This document shows positions 12,936 through 25,624 of a stretch of DNA of 64,000 nucleotides, one piece after another. Numbering within the stretch: the stretch's first letter is position 1; each line of letters starts with the position of its first letter. Position numbers and translations under genes: made by a program. The notes under the pieces were generated by a model. It was not told the origin of the DNA, did not search any database, and worked only from the letters and a program-made list of their open reading frames with translations. The stretch lies in the NCBI GenBank assembly GCA_964016885.1, contig OZ024756.1:16926001-16990000 (forward strand), given 5' to 3'. The stretch comes from Eledone cirrhosa (taxonomy: Eukaryota).

Positions 12936-13393
12936 GGTGGGAGTATGTATGAGAGAGAGAGAAAGAAATAGCGAGAGACAAAAAGGAGAGTGGGTTACAA
13001 AAGAAAAAGAATGGAAGAATCACAGAAAAAGGAGAGCGAGAGAAAGACTGGAGGAATATTTAGATAGAGTGAAGTGATAAATAAAAAGTAATAGATAGAT
13101 TGATTGATTGAGAGAAAGAGAAAGCGAGAGAGAGGTGAATAGATATATAGGTTGGGGTAACCGGCAAGAAAGATGATGATAATGGAAATAGAAAAGGATA
13201 AGAGAGACAGAGAGGGGGGATAGAGTTGTATGCGTGTGTTTGTGTGTATGTAGGCTGTGCGTATGTATGTATGTGTATGTATGTGCGGGTGTGTATTTAT
13301 ATATGTGTGTGTGTGTCTCTGTGTGTAAGCGTATGCGTGTGTATGTACATATATGTGTAAGCTTTCATGTGATCTCTTGTCAATAAAAATAAT

Positions 13394-13577
13394 TGTTTCT
13401 TCTTTTAGCACAAGGCCAGCAATTATCCAGTGCATTACTGGTACTTTATTTTATCGACCCCGTAAGGATGAAAGGCAAAGTCAACCTCGGCGGGATTTGA
13501 ACTCAGACCGTAAAGGGACGTAACTATGCTGGAAAGCATGGCGTCCGACCCTCTACCGATACTGCCAATCCACCGCC
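13394..13577 (-). mobile_element. Full-length Nin-domain-like SINE with target-site duplication
   Basis: Complete head and core; ttgtcaataaaaataat is repeated on both flanks. Confidence 0.85.
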
Positions 13578-13761
13578 TTGTCAATAAAAATAATAAGTGT
13601 TGGTGTACCGAATGACGTGCGCACAAAATCTTAATTACTTACTTTCCCAATCTTACCGTTTACCTTTGACTAATTCCACGAATAGATACATACATACATA
13701 CATAAACACACACACGTGTGTGTGTGTGTGTATATATATATGTGTGTGTGCATGTATGTAT

Positions 13762-15190
13762 TTATTCGGGGAATTAGTCAAAGGTAAACGGCCAAGTATA
13801 AACCAAAACTCAGGTATGAAGTCTGCACCAAAAGAGCTTTGATGAAAGTAACTGGGAAGACATTGCCTTAGATCAACCATCTTGGAGGAAAACAGTGTTT
13901 AATAGAAAAGAGGAATTTGAAAAATCTCGTGTGGAGTGTGAAAATTTAAAGAGGGATCTGCCTAAAGATCTGCATATTTACCTGGATTTTCAAATGATCA
14001 AAATGACTTTATGTGCAATGAGTGTGGCCGAATCTGCCTCAGTAAAGCTGGACTTAGAGGCCATCATAAAAGCTATGTACAATAAGTTGCTAATTATGGC
14101 ATTTCTTCCTGTCGGAAGTGTGGAAAACATTGTACCTCGGCCCGTGGACCCCAATGTCATTTGAAAACTCGCCAAAATAAAACAGGGAACCAAAGTGGAA
14201 GTAATGTTCATCACTTCAGTATATGCAGAAAGGAATGTAAATCCTTGGCAGGGATAAAGAGTCATGTCCATGCCATACATATGTGAGATAGGGTCGGGTG
14301 GTGGCATTTCTTGAAATAGAGATGCAGCAATTATATATGTATGTATGGGAGAAGAGAAAAAGTAATAATAAAATAAAAAAGTACTATTTTGATGGCCATT
14401 GACTCTGCTGAGATCCTCCGCCCTTTGCCGGATCTTGTATTTCATCCAGCAGGTGTCCAAATATCATCCTCCTCAGCAAGCAAGCTTGGTGTGCCCCGAG
14501 TGTGGAAAGATTTGCTTGAGCAAATCTGGTCTCAGGAGCCAATCTCGCCGCCATGTTCAAAGAGAACCAGTGAACTGTGATCTCTACGGTATTGTGAAGG
14601 TTCACAGGCAACCTGATGTAAGACCTGGGGCCAGGGAGATCCATAGTTGTCGTCAATGTGCCAAGGAGTGCAAGTCTCTTGCAGGCTTGAAAAGCCATAT
14701 CCGAGCATCACACATCTGAATCTGACAAGCGATTTCAATACTCTTAGCGTGAGTTTGCAACCTTCATGTACGTATGTTCAGAGAGTGGGATTGGCTCCGC
14801 GCAAAGCCTTTCCTCACTTAAAAGAGCTTCAAGCACAGGAATCATTTGATATATGACATTTGTCTGTGATACATGGTATTGTTGGCCCGATGGCAAGTCT
14901 CTACCAGGACTAAAACGGCTCGTCTGTGATGCTCAAGTATCAAGCGATGGCATTACTCGAAATCGAGTTGCAGCCATCATGTATGTATGTATGTATGTAT
15001 CTACGTATGTATCTATGTATGTATATATATATGCATGTATGTATGTGTATGTATGATAAGTTCATTGCTTTGGTTAGGTCTTTCCATGACGACATGAAGG
15101 CTTGGGTTAATGAAAAATCTCGTGTGGGGCGTGAAAATTTAAAGAGGGATCTGCCTAAAGATCTGCATATTTACCTGGATTTTCAAATGA
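13762..15190 (+). mobile_element. Rearranged RTE (BovB-like) LINE remnant with C-terminal C2H2-like fingers and (TATG)n tail
   Basis: FGELVKGKRP, CPECGKICLSKSGL, CRQCAKECKSLAGLKSH and KFIALVRSFHDDMK peptides; about 78-bp duplication at 13920 and 15112. Confidence 0.7.
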
Positions 15191-15811
15191 TGAGTGACGC
15201 AACTGCGAGCGATTAGCGGCCTCTAGACTCACCTGATCAATGAAACAATTGTTAATACCCGAAATAAAGCCCCTTGTACAGCCAACCATGTTACTCTTCA
15301 TTCTTTCACTATTATTACTCCAAGTATAACCTACATAGGAATTCCCGCGAACTCGCTGCCTAACTATGGAAACATCTTGTTGAGTCAAACAAACCCGTAC
15401 GTTAAAACTATCCACGACGCAGAGTACTCACAACCTCTAACTGGATTACCTATAACGATAACTTGTTATCCCATATATATATATATATCCAAAATTAAAT
15501 TAAGGGTATCATATCTGAGAGACATGCGCCATATCCACCGTAGAATATGCTCAAAGATTCCAATGAATAGATCCGAGCATTTTATATCAACTAGAAATTG
15601 CTGGAAAAGTGTGTAAGCACACTTTACAAATTATTCCCTGTGATTGTTTCATATGTTTATTTTATATATATATGTCAATCAATTTCTAGTTGATATATAT
15701 AGTATATATACTATATATATCTAGTTGATATATACTATATATATCTAGTTGATATATATAGTATATATATATATACTGTACCGATTGTGTTGTTATTTCT
15801 GTTTACCTTTT

Positions 15812-15873
<62 letters not shown>

Positions 15874-16408
15874 GTGTGTGTGTAAGTATATATATACCAT
15901 CAGTTCACTACACTATAGTTCAGTAAGTTTAAAAGACATTGACCTTAAAGTGTTCTAACTTTCATCTTTTTCAGAGTGTTGAGGGAGGGCGGGGAAGGAG
16001 TGAGGAAGAGAAGGGAAAGGACATTTGCAATGTGCTTCCGTAGATTTCCCTCTCCTTTCGGTCTCATTAGAAACAATAGTAGTAGTAGTAGTAGTAGTAG
16101 TGGTATTAGTAGTGGTAGTAGTATGGCAGTAGTGTACGTGTCTATATCGGCGTGTGAAAATGCATGTTTACATACGAGTCTTAAATGTTTTGCTACTTAA
16201 AGAGGGGAGACAACTTTTCTCTTCTTAATGAAATCCCTGAGCGATTTCCATACTTCCGGCGAAACTTATATTGCAAGTAACTGCCACCTTTGGATATAGA
16301 ATTATATATGGCGGGGGAATGGACACTCACTTCATGAACATCCTATTTGTCTGTTCCCTTGTCACTTTTATTTTGGATTACCTCCTGATTGTAACCTTAT
16401 GTAGGAAT

Positions 16409-16482
16409 CTGTCTGATGAGATCATGACACTGGGTACTACGCGGTATCACGTGTCCACTGTCGTCATCGAAATATGTATGAC
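16409..16482 (+). ncRNA. Hammerhead-like motif with extended stem II
   Basis: CTGATGA(16413)-GATCATGACA...TGTCGTCATC-GAAAT-AT-GTA(16478); AATAAA at 16492; stem I is poor. Confidence 0.5.
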
Positions 16483-16994
16483 GACCTTATCAATAAAGGA
16501 CTTTAACATCTAAACTACTTTGTATTTCCTTATTCGAATTATATATATATTTAATTTCTACACAGATGCACTGTATATACTCAAATATAAGCTGACTCCA
16601 CTATTTTATTCTGAGAAATGGGCAAAAATCCAAACCTTATTTACATAAAATTTGAAGTTGATGAAAATGTGTCAAAAAAATTGATCCCGAATTTAATCTA
16701 ATCGAATTTAATCTGGCCGAGTTTACACTCGCAAATAAGCAGAACCAGGGCCACTCCTAGAGCATTGGATTTGGTGTACTTCATATTTGTTTCGGTTGCT
16801 GAATACAATCAGGGTTCGCTGCTTCTCCCGAAGGTCTATAGTTCTCTTCTAACTCGAGCGGGAGCGCCTCTCCATTGTCAATTTGCATTGATCATCTGCA
16901 AAGCCGCATTGTTCTCAGAACCACTACACCAGTAGTGGTTCTGAGAACAATGCCTGCAGCTGGAACTACTGTCGCCCATTGATTTGGCAGGATC

Positions 16995-17141
16995 GCAACT
17001 CATTTCTACAGCTGAGTAAATGGAGCAACGTGAAATAAAGTGTCTTGCTCAAGGAAACAACACATCACCCAGTCCGAGAATCGAACTCACAACCTTTCGA
17101 TTGCAAGCCCAATGCTCAAACCACTAAGCCATGCGCCTTCA
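16995..17141 (-). mobile_element. tRNA-derived SINE head and core
   Basis: Minus strand aaggcgcatggcttagtgg...gagttcgattctc...ttgagcaagacactttatttcac. Confidence 0.85.
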
Positions 17142-17216
17142 CCGAATATAAACTATATTTATAAAACCATATTTATTCTATTATATATATTTCAAGGGTA
17201 CAGATAAAATACAAAA

Positions 17217-17352
17217 TTTGTTTTATAAGAAGTGGCATACCCAGGAATCAGACCTTAACAGTTCAGGTTCTGTTTGGATAGTCAAACTATCCAAACAGAA
17301 CCTCAACTGTTAAGGTCTGATTCCTGGGTATGTCACTATTTATAAAACAAAT
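17217..17352. repeat. Near-perfect fold-back with about 66-bp arms
   Basis: ...cagaccttaacagtt...ggatagt caa actatcc...aactgttaaggtctg... Confidence 0.85.
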
Positions 17353-17612
17353 ATAAGTTTACTGAATAAGTCGATACCCTTCGAGCTCAAACTTCCCCGG
17401 CTTATTCACTCTGAATGAGGAAAGGTGGATGGAAGAAGGACTTACGACTTAAACAGCTATTGATAGTTCCACACAAACAATTGATCTGCCATAAACACAC
17501 CTAACAAAGGTTGCTATTGAAAATCTAGTATGGGGAGCCCAGGGTCGCTAGCATTTTCAGGTGCACTCTGGGAACTGCGAATGACCCCCACCTTTCCCGG
17601 GTACTGCAGCTA

Positions 17613-17695
<83 letters not shown>

Positions 17696-17794
17696 GTGTA
17701 TTATATATATATGTGTATTATATATATATATGTGTATTATATATATATATGTGTATTATATATATATATGTGTATTATATATATATATAAGCAT

Positions 17795-17979
17795 GTGGAT
17801 TGGCAGTATCGGTAGAGGGTCGGACGCCATGCTTTCCAGCATAGTTACGTCCCTTTACGATCTGAGTTCAAATCCCGCCGAGGTTGACTTTGCCTTTCAT
17901 CCTTACGGGGTCGATAAAATAAAGTACCAGTAATGCACTGGATAATTGCTGGCCTTGTGCCTAAAGTAGAAACAATTAT
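17795..17979 (+). mobile_element. Nin-domain-like SINE inside a (TA)n/TGTAT microsatellite
   Basis: Near-identical to 13394-13577. Confidence 0.85.
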
Positions 17980-18359
17980 ATATATATGTGTATTATATAT
18001 ATATATATGTGTATTATATATATATATGTGTATTATATATATATGTATTATATATATGTGTATTATATATATATATGTGTATTATATATATATATGTGTA
18101 TTATATATATATATGTGTATTATATATATATATGTGTATTATATATATATATATGTGTATTATATATATATATATGTGTATTATATATATATATGTGTAT
18201 TATATATATATTTGTGTATTATATATATATATGTGTATTATATATATATATGTGTATTATATATATATGTATTATATATATATATATGTGTATTATATAT
18301 ATATGTGTGTGTATATACATATCTATATATATATATATATATGTGTGTATATACATATC

Positions 18360-18390
<31 letters not shown>

Positions 18391-18581
18391 ATTATATATA
18401 TATGTGTGTATTATATATATATGTGTGTATTATATATATATATGTGTGTATTATATATATATGTGTGTGTATATATATATATATGTGTATTATATATATA
18501 TATATATGTGTATTATATATATATGTGTGTGTGTGTATATATATATGTGTGTGTATATATATATGTGTGTATATATACATA

Positions 18582-18626
<45 letters not shown>

Positions 18627-18987
18627 ATGTGTATATATATATATATGCGCGTGTATATATGTGTGTGTGTATATATATATGTGTGTGGATTGAGAGGGAC
18701 GAGGCTGCGTGGTTACTGATAACGAGTGTTAGAAAGTAAAGGGAACACAAACCAAAGATGTGTGTTCGTGTCCCATGTACGTCAATACTCATCCTTTTTT
18801 CCATTCAGAGGGTTTTTTTGAATCCCAACTAACAGACTAATTCTATTTAGTCAAATACGGCGTAAGCACATGTTACTACCTAATTTTCAAATTCGCTAAC
18901 AGTTTTTAAACAAAGCCTGCTTTGCGTCTCCCTATTTATATACTTATATTATTATATTTTTATACACGGCTTAGAGATTATATCTGT

Positions 18988-19181
18988 AAAGGGCGGTGGA
19001 GTGGCAGTATCGGTAGAGAGTCGGACGCCATGCTTTGACGCATAGAGTTACGGCCCTTGCCATTCTGAGTTCAAATCCCGCCGAGGTTAACTTTGCCTTT
19101 CATCCTTACGGGGTCGATAAAATAAAGTACCAGTAATGTACTGGGGAATTGCTGGCTTTGTGCCAAAAGTAGAAACAATTA
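18988..19181 (+). mobile_element. Full-length Nin-domain-like SINE
   Basis: Same head and core. Confidence 0.85.
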
Positions 19182-19314
19182 TATTTGTAATGTCCTTCTG
19201 AACGAATTGCGAGCAATTTACAATGTTATTTATGCATCTGTAATGTTATTTATGTATATATTTAAAACATATTTGCAATATTATTCTACAGTAAATTTAT
19301 ACAATTATTGTAAA

Positions 19315-19839
19315 ACCTGTAGAAAAACCACCCTTCGGGTGGTTTTCTGTTAGCATGTGTAGTATGCATATTGATATTTTACGCAAATATAGATATGACA
19401 CGTCAAATGAAATCGTAATTGACAATATGCACAGAAATTGAACGAAGTGTGTGTTACACTCTCTTCTGTAATCAGTAAAGTAATCCATGATACATTTAAA
19501 AAAGACGATATTATATATAAACTACATTACGGCAAAATGTTATGAAAACGAAAAAGGAGAAAATTAGCGGCGGAAATATAAGCCTCATATAACGATGCAA
19601 ATATATGAACGTATAAGCGATGTGATGAGTGTTATGATATAATGGACGCTTACCGGAAGAGTTGACATTTGAAAATTTCAAAGAAGTGAATCTTAAAATA
19701 ATACTACGAAATTTAGTAGATAAATTACATAATATTCATTCATTATTTATTCAAAGTAATCCAACTTATTTTACTAACGGGATAAAAAAAATTATAAAAT
19801 GGACTCTGTCCCGCACTCCTCCCTTTATTATATTATAGA
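19315..19839 (-). mobile_element. Possible non-autonomous Helitron
   Basis: Minus strand begins A|TCTATAATATAATAAAGGG; subterminal hairpin aaaaccaccc gaa gggtggtttt; the CTRR end is not canonical. Confidence 0.35.
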
Positions 19840-20239
19840 TTATCAATTTTATGATATAGTACTTTTGAAAGAACTCACTTTACGAGATTTTCTAGAAATA
19901 AATAACAGCATCATGTAAGGAATTAGCAGAAATACTAATAAGTATAAATGTATACGTATCTAGTTAAGTTTAATAGATAATTAGATAAGAGAATTAACAA
20001 TTTACATATAACTACAAATTAAATGAGAACGTTTAAGTTATAAAAGGCGTACAAATATTATATATGTATAAATGTATCTAAATAAAGAAAGGGGATGTTG
20101 TGTTGTTAAATTAAAGGTACTCGTGAATACTCGATATGTAACTTATATATCAATATATTCACAGAACTCTATATAAAAAAGTGGGGGCGCTGTGTTGTTA
20201 AATTAAAGGTAAGGAAAACGCAAAAGGTAATTTATATAT

Positions 20240-20756
20240 GCTTCAGCATTCGGTAATCAGAAGGGAGGTAGGCGTAAAAGCCAAACTCGCTGTCTTCAAT
20301 TCAGTTTTTGTGCCAACCCTTACCTATGGTCATGAATCTTGGGAAAATGACCAAAAAGAATACGATCGCGAATAGAAGCAGCCGAAATGGGGTTCCTCCG
20401 AAGGGTCTTTGGAGTAATGTTACTTGATAAAGTGCATAGCTCAGAGAGTCACTCCAGGTAGAGCTACTACTTCTCCGAATTGAGAGATCACAGCTCCGAT
20501 ACTATGGGCATGTGGTTAGAATGTCTCAGGAAAGAATCGCTGAACAGGTTTTACGGGTAAATCCAACCAGCAGGAGACCCAGTGGTAGACCTCGAGCAAG
20601 CTGGTTGGATAACATCCATGAGCTTGGCTGGTCACGCTTGGGGATCAAGCCGGATCAGTTGGAGACGGTTGCTTCTGACAGGACCCGCTGGAGGGAGAGT
20701 TTGAGGACCCATTCCCCCACAATCCTCTCATGAATAAGTGAGTGAAGAAAATAAGA
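20240..20756 (+). mobile_element. RTE-clade (Expander/Rex3-like) LINE 3' fragment
   Basis: FVPTLTYGHESW, AEMGFLRRV, QLRYYGHVVRMSQER and GRPRASW peptides. Confidence 0.85.
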
Positions 20757-21118
20757 ATATATTCACAGAACTCTATATAAAAAAATAAGGGGGGGGTGCT
20801 GTGTTGTTAAATTAAAGGTACTCATGAAAACGCGATAGGTAATTTAAATATCGATATATTCACAGACATACACTTACCAATACTTAATTAAATATTTATA
20901 TATATTTATACTTAATAGTGTTTCTGTTAATGATTATCTCTTTGAGACGCAAATTTGTCTTCTGGCTGCTTAGTCAATTGAATCCGTTGCCATCTCTTGG
21001 AAAACTGTTGATACTAGCGTTTGGTGTATGATATACTTTTATGAAAAAGTGATGATCAATCTGAAAGGGAAAAATCTATTTTGTATATAGAGCTGTGCGA
21101 GTGCGCATACGTGTGCGT

Positions 21119-21149
<31 letters not shown>

Positions 21150-21439
21150 TTATATGTCCGTACGAAGCTAAGAGGATATGTGTGTGTGTATATGTAAGTA
21201 GAAGTGTACGTGTGTTTGTAAGTACGAAACTGTGAGCAAATGTGTGTGTGTACAGAGCTGTGGAGGGAGACAAAGAGATGTGTGGGTTTTTTTTTTTTGT
21301 TGATCTGTATAAGCTGTAAGTCTGACCATAACAGTGTCATAAGTACTTGGCGGGGTGGTGGGGTTGAATGTACGCATGCGTGTGACAACGGACGGGGTAA
21401 AGGTGACAGTGGCAATGGGTAGAGAAGTAAGCACGAGCG

Positions 21440-24000
21440 TTTGTAAGATTAAAGAAATTGGAGAGGGGAGTTGAGTCCATTGGGGAAACTGGTCACAAGA
21501 CGGAAAATCAGACTTTGTTCAGTCATGGTGCGTGATCCGTGACGTAAAAGGCGACCAAGGATTGAGACATGTAGGGAAGAGCGGCCTGGGGAACGGAAAT
21601 GACGAACGACAGGGGTATCTATACCAAGTCGTACGTCCCTGAAATGTTCAGCAAGATGGTCTGCCAAACGGTGTCCTATTTGTCCGATGTGTAAGTTACC
21701 GGCAAAGAGAACACTACTTGGGTGGATGTGCAGGTGAAGGAGTGGCGGATACGGAATGAACCATTGATACCTGCGGGAGTGGTGGGGTTAGAAATGAAGG
21801 GACAGGTGTTACAGTGGGGATGAGATCCGGGTGGTGTCCTAGGAGAGGAAGAGAAGGAACAACGTACCAAAAGGTTGCGGAGATTACGGGCGCGCTTAAA
21901 GATGGGGATAGGTGGATTTGAAAAAAAGCTATAAGAGAGGGTGCTGAAGCAAAGGAGGAAATGTCGCCGGAGAGGTAGGGTGAGGGGGGGTGATAGATGG
22001 GGGGGGGGGGGGGGCGTTCGGTTTCACGGGTGCAGTAAGGGCAGCTTGGATCAGGATTAGGGGTATATCAATCCTGGATGAAGCAGGGGGCCATGTGAAG
22101 GGACTGGATCTCAAAATCGCGGTCCTGGTTACAGAACCGACGAAGACGGAGGAATTGTGAGTAGGGTATGGAGAGTTTGGTGTGGGTTGGATGGGAGGAG
22201 GTGGAGTCGAGGTAGGAGTAGGAATCAGTGGACTTATAGAAGATAAAGGTAGAGAGTGTGTGGTGAGTGTAGTCGATAGATGGAGAGATGTCAAGAAATT
22301 GGACAGAAAAGGTGGAGACAGAGGTCGTGAAGGTGAGGGCAGGATGAAATGACCGGACAAAAGAAAGAAAGGAATCGAACTGTTCATGGGAGAGAGAGGT
22401 GGCGCCATATAGCTCAGGGGGTCTAACCAGTGTACTGCGTGAAGATTATGGCCTCAACGTAGCCAATGAATAAGTTGGCGTAGTTAGGAGTTATGGGCCA
22501 TTCTTGTACCCATGGTTACCCCAGAGATCTGTTGGTAAAACTCTCCAGAAAAGGAAACCCATTAAGAGTGAGAACGAGCTCAGCAAGGCGGAGAAGAATA
22601 GAGCACTAGGATAGGGAGTAGAGCGTAAATCTACAAAATGTCGGAAAGTGCGGAGACTGTCATCGTGAGGGATGACGGTGTAAAGAGAGTTGATGTCCAT
22701 GGTAAAGAGAAGTGAGAGGGACCAGAAGAGGAGAAGGAGTCAAATAGTCAAAGGTTATGATTAGTGTCATAGATGTGGGAGGAGAGGTCGGTTACTGGGG
22801 GGCAGTAAGGGGGTCAAGATATTGGGAGATAATTTTGGTAGGGCGGAAACGATAGGGGGCCAGGATTATCGGGCTTATGTATCTCGGGGAGGAAGTAGAT
22901 GGTGGGAGTATGAGGGGTGCGTACTATAAGATTAGTAGCAATAGAGGGTAGGAGAGAAGAAGAGATAAGTTGATGAATGGTGGAGGACATGAGCAGTTGG
23001 TAGCCTGGAGTGGGGTCAGGGGATAAAGGCCAGGAAAAGTGGGTATTGTGAATCTGGTGAAGGGGTTGAGTCCTGTAGAGGTCTGCATTCCACACCACCA
23101 CGGCACCTTCTTTATCAGCAGGTTTGAGGACAGTGTCATTGTGGCGCTGTAGGCTAAGTAAGGTTGGTGTGATGAGAGTTCTTCTGGAAATTGAAGCAGT
23201 TCAAAGTACGTCGACAAGTTTCCACAAATGTATCAAGGGAGCTGAACGGCCCAGAACTCAGCGTCCACTGTACTTTTCAGTGGTTTTCAGGGTCGATGAT
23301 GGTGTATTATGGAAAAATGTCTGAAACCTAAGGCAACTTAAGAACCGTTCAACCTCAGCACATGTGAAGGGGAGAAACTAGTGGCGGCGGAGGAGCTGTG
23401 GTGGTTAGGTGTGGCATGTGCAAAGTCATTGGTGGGGAGAGATGAAAGAGTAAGTTGAAGGCAACTGGATAAAGAAGTTAGGACTGTGAGGTGGGTGGGT
23501 GTGTTGATAGTAGACTGGGAGCGGAATGTGTCAAGGTTTGTTTCTTAATGGAGGTGATAAATTTGAAGAGGAGGCGATTGAGGTGGAGGATGAATTGGAT
23601 GATGGATTGGGTGAGGAGAGGGTGGCAAGTTGAGGAGAGAAGAAGGTGGGCCTTAGGGAGATCTTGGTAGAGGGAACAAATTTGAGAGGGTGGAACGGAG
23701 GGTCGCCCATATGAGATGACAAGACGAGCAGGTAAAGATAGGTTTAGTGGTGGGGGCTGAGTAGCAAGTGGGGTGGTAGTTGAGGTGGAAACCTCAGAGA
23801 ATGAGGCGGGGTGTTGACATATGCTGAGGAATGTGACGTGACTGTTGTAGTGGGTTTTAGTGTAAAGGAGTTTGGAGAGATGCAAGAAGGAATGGATGCA
23901 AATAGGGGGAAAGGGGTGGAGGAAGCATTTGAGGGTGGAATAGAGCTGACAGAGGAAGGACTTGAGATTGGGCATGATGCTCCGTCTAACACATGCTAGC
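21440..24000 (-). mobile_element. Decayed near-full-length Penelope-like retroelement (RT and C-terminal GIY-YIG)
   Basis: Frameshifted peptides in PLE order: SHVTFLSIC, PADKEGAVVVW, IYFLPEIHKP, MDINSLYTVIPH (RT motif A), CNTC linker, HLAEHFRDV...VVRHF, PNGLN. Confidence 0.85.
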
Positions 24001-24419
24001 ATGGGAAATAGACATTGAAACGATAATGATGATGATGAAGAAGATGAGAGATGAGTGTGGGGAGAGGGTGGAGGAATGACAGGTGGTGCCTAGTGGTACG
24101 GCAGAGGAAAAGATATGAGGTGGTGGTGGAGAGAAGAGGCAAAAAACACACAGATGGAGAGTAGAGGGGAGAGGAAACAAGAGGGGAGGGTAACGGGGCA
24201 AGAGAGAAATAAAATGGTGAAATGGAGATGGTGAGAAGGGAGTAGTCGGAAGAGAAAAGTGGAGGGAAAGTGGTAGTGAGTCCTGGTATATTAGTTTAAG
24301 CAAAAAGCCATCAGAAAATCCAGTTGTCGAAAAGATATCCAAGTGGAAGTTCAACAAGAGTATGGGTAAAAATCCATTTCCAGGATGAAAACCCAATGTA
24401 GGAATCTGATGAAATATAT

Positions 24420-24728
24420 ATCATCATCATCATTTTACATCCGCTTTTCCCTGCTTGCAAGGGTGGGACGGGAACTGATTCTGGTTTGATTTCTACAGCT
24501 GGATGCCCTTCCTAACACCAACCTCATTTACAGTGAGTGCTGGGTGCTTTATTTTCTGTGGCACCTCCACGACCACTTTGCAGTGGAAGGATATGGACCC
24601 CAGTCCTATCATTCCACTTTACAGTGGAATGATAGGGACCCCAGTCCTATCATCTCATTTCTACAGCTGAGTAAACTGGAGCAATGTGAAATAAAGTGTC
24701 TTGCTCAAGGAAACAACACATCACCCGG
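24420..24728 (-). mobile_element. Truncated SINE with RTE-derived tail
   Basis: SINE core followed by RTE 3' UTR and (GAT)n. Confidence 0.8.
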
Positions 24729-24960
24729 TCTGATGAGCTTTTGATTCCAGAGTCAGGCCAGATTGATACAGATCAAACCTTGAGTTGATCAATAGTGAAA
24801 CACACGTCACCAATCAATAAACGCAATGAAGACATAACAAATCGTCCTTGTATTATTATATTTACACTCTGTCTAGCTCTACACCTTGCTACAGATGTGA
24901 ATCTAAACATCGAGTGCGCACCTGGGTGAACCTACAGTAACTTCACGTTACACTCCCTGG
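24727..24960 (+). mobile_element. Hammerhead-bearing (TA)n-associated element, long-stem-II family, copy 1
   Basis: GGT-CTGATGA-GCTTTTGATT...GATCAATAGT-GAAAC-ACAC-GTC-ACC, AATAAA, and a tail shared with the 49117 and 50004 copies. Confidence 0.75.
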
Positions 24961-24967
24961 ATATATA

Positions 24968-24998
<31 letters not shown>

Positions 24999-25258
24999 GC
25001 TTTTCTTCTCTCTCTCTCCGTCTTTTGTAATTGTCCTTAACACTAAGACTTACTAAAATAATATAAACAAACCACTATCCTGATGTCCTCCAAAAGTAAT
25101 GGTCGCATTTTGAAAGGGTACGTCAATGCTTATTTGTAAAACTGATATATATTGTATTTTGTCTGATGAAGTCATACCATAATTTAACTTGGTATCCTTG
25201 AAATATGTATAATGAAATAAATATGGTTTTATAAATATAGTTTCCATTTATTAATATC

Positions 25259-25302
<44 letters not shown>

Positions 25303-25624
25303 GATCGAGTATCGAAAAATCGGCGCACGAGTTCACGATAAACGAAATTCGATATGAGCGGCAGAGGGCTCAATAATTCAGATGAATCAGAGCTATAACT
25401 ATCGTTAAAATACCGTCACATATAGAACAAGTCTACAATCAACCATACGATTTAAAATCGATAAAGGAAGATTCGGGCCAAACAGATAAAAAATATCAAT
25501 AAAACAATACGTCAATAATTTAAATGAATGTAAAATCATGACATAAGATCTAGATCTTTGGGATTATGTAGTAATACAGAAGACAAGCCTTCCCATTCGC
25601 ACAGAGGTATATGTTTCTACACCT

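Noticed and set aside
17090-17141. tRNA gene
   Set aside because: tRNA-like head continues into a multi-copy SINE core; no complete cloverleaf
17350-17613. Helitron 3' end (cccgggtactgcagCTAG|T)
   Set aside because: Resembles the 30320 terminus, but no matching 5' end or clear hairpin was found
24730-24800. SECIS element in the long stem II
   Set aside because: AUGA / apical AA / GA spacing does not fit the SECIS pattern
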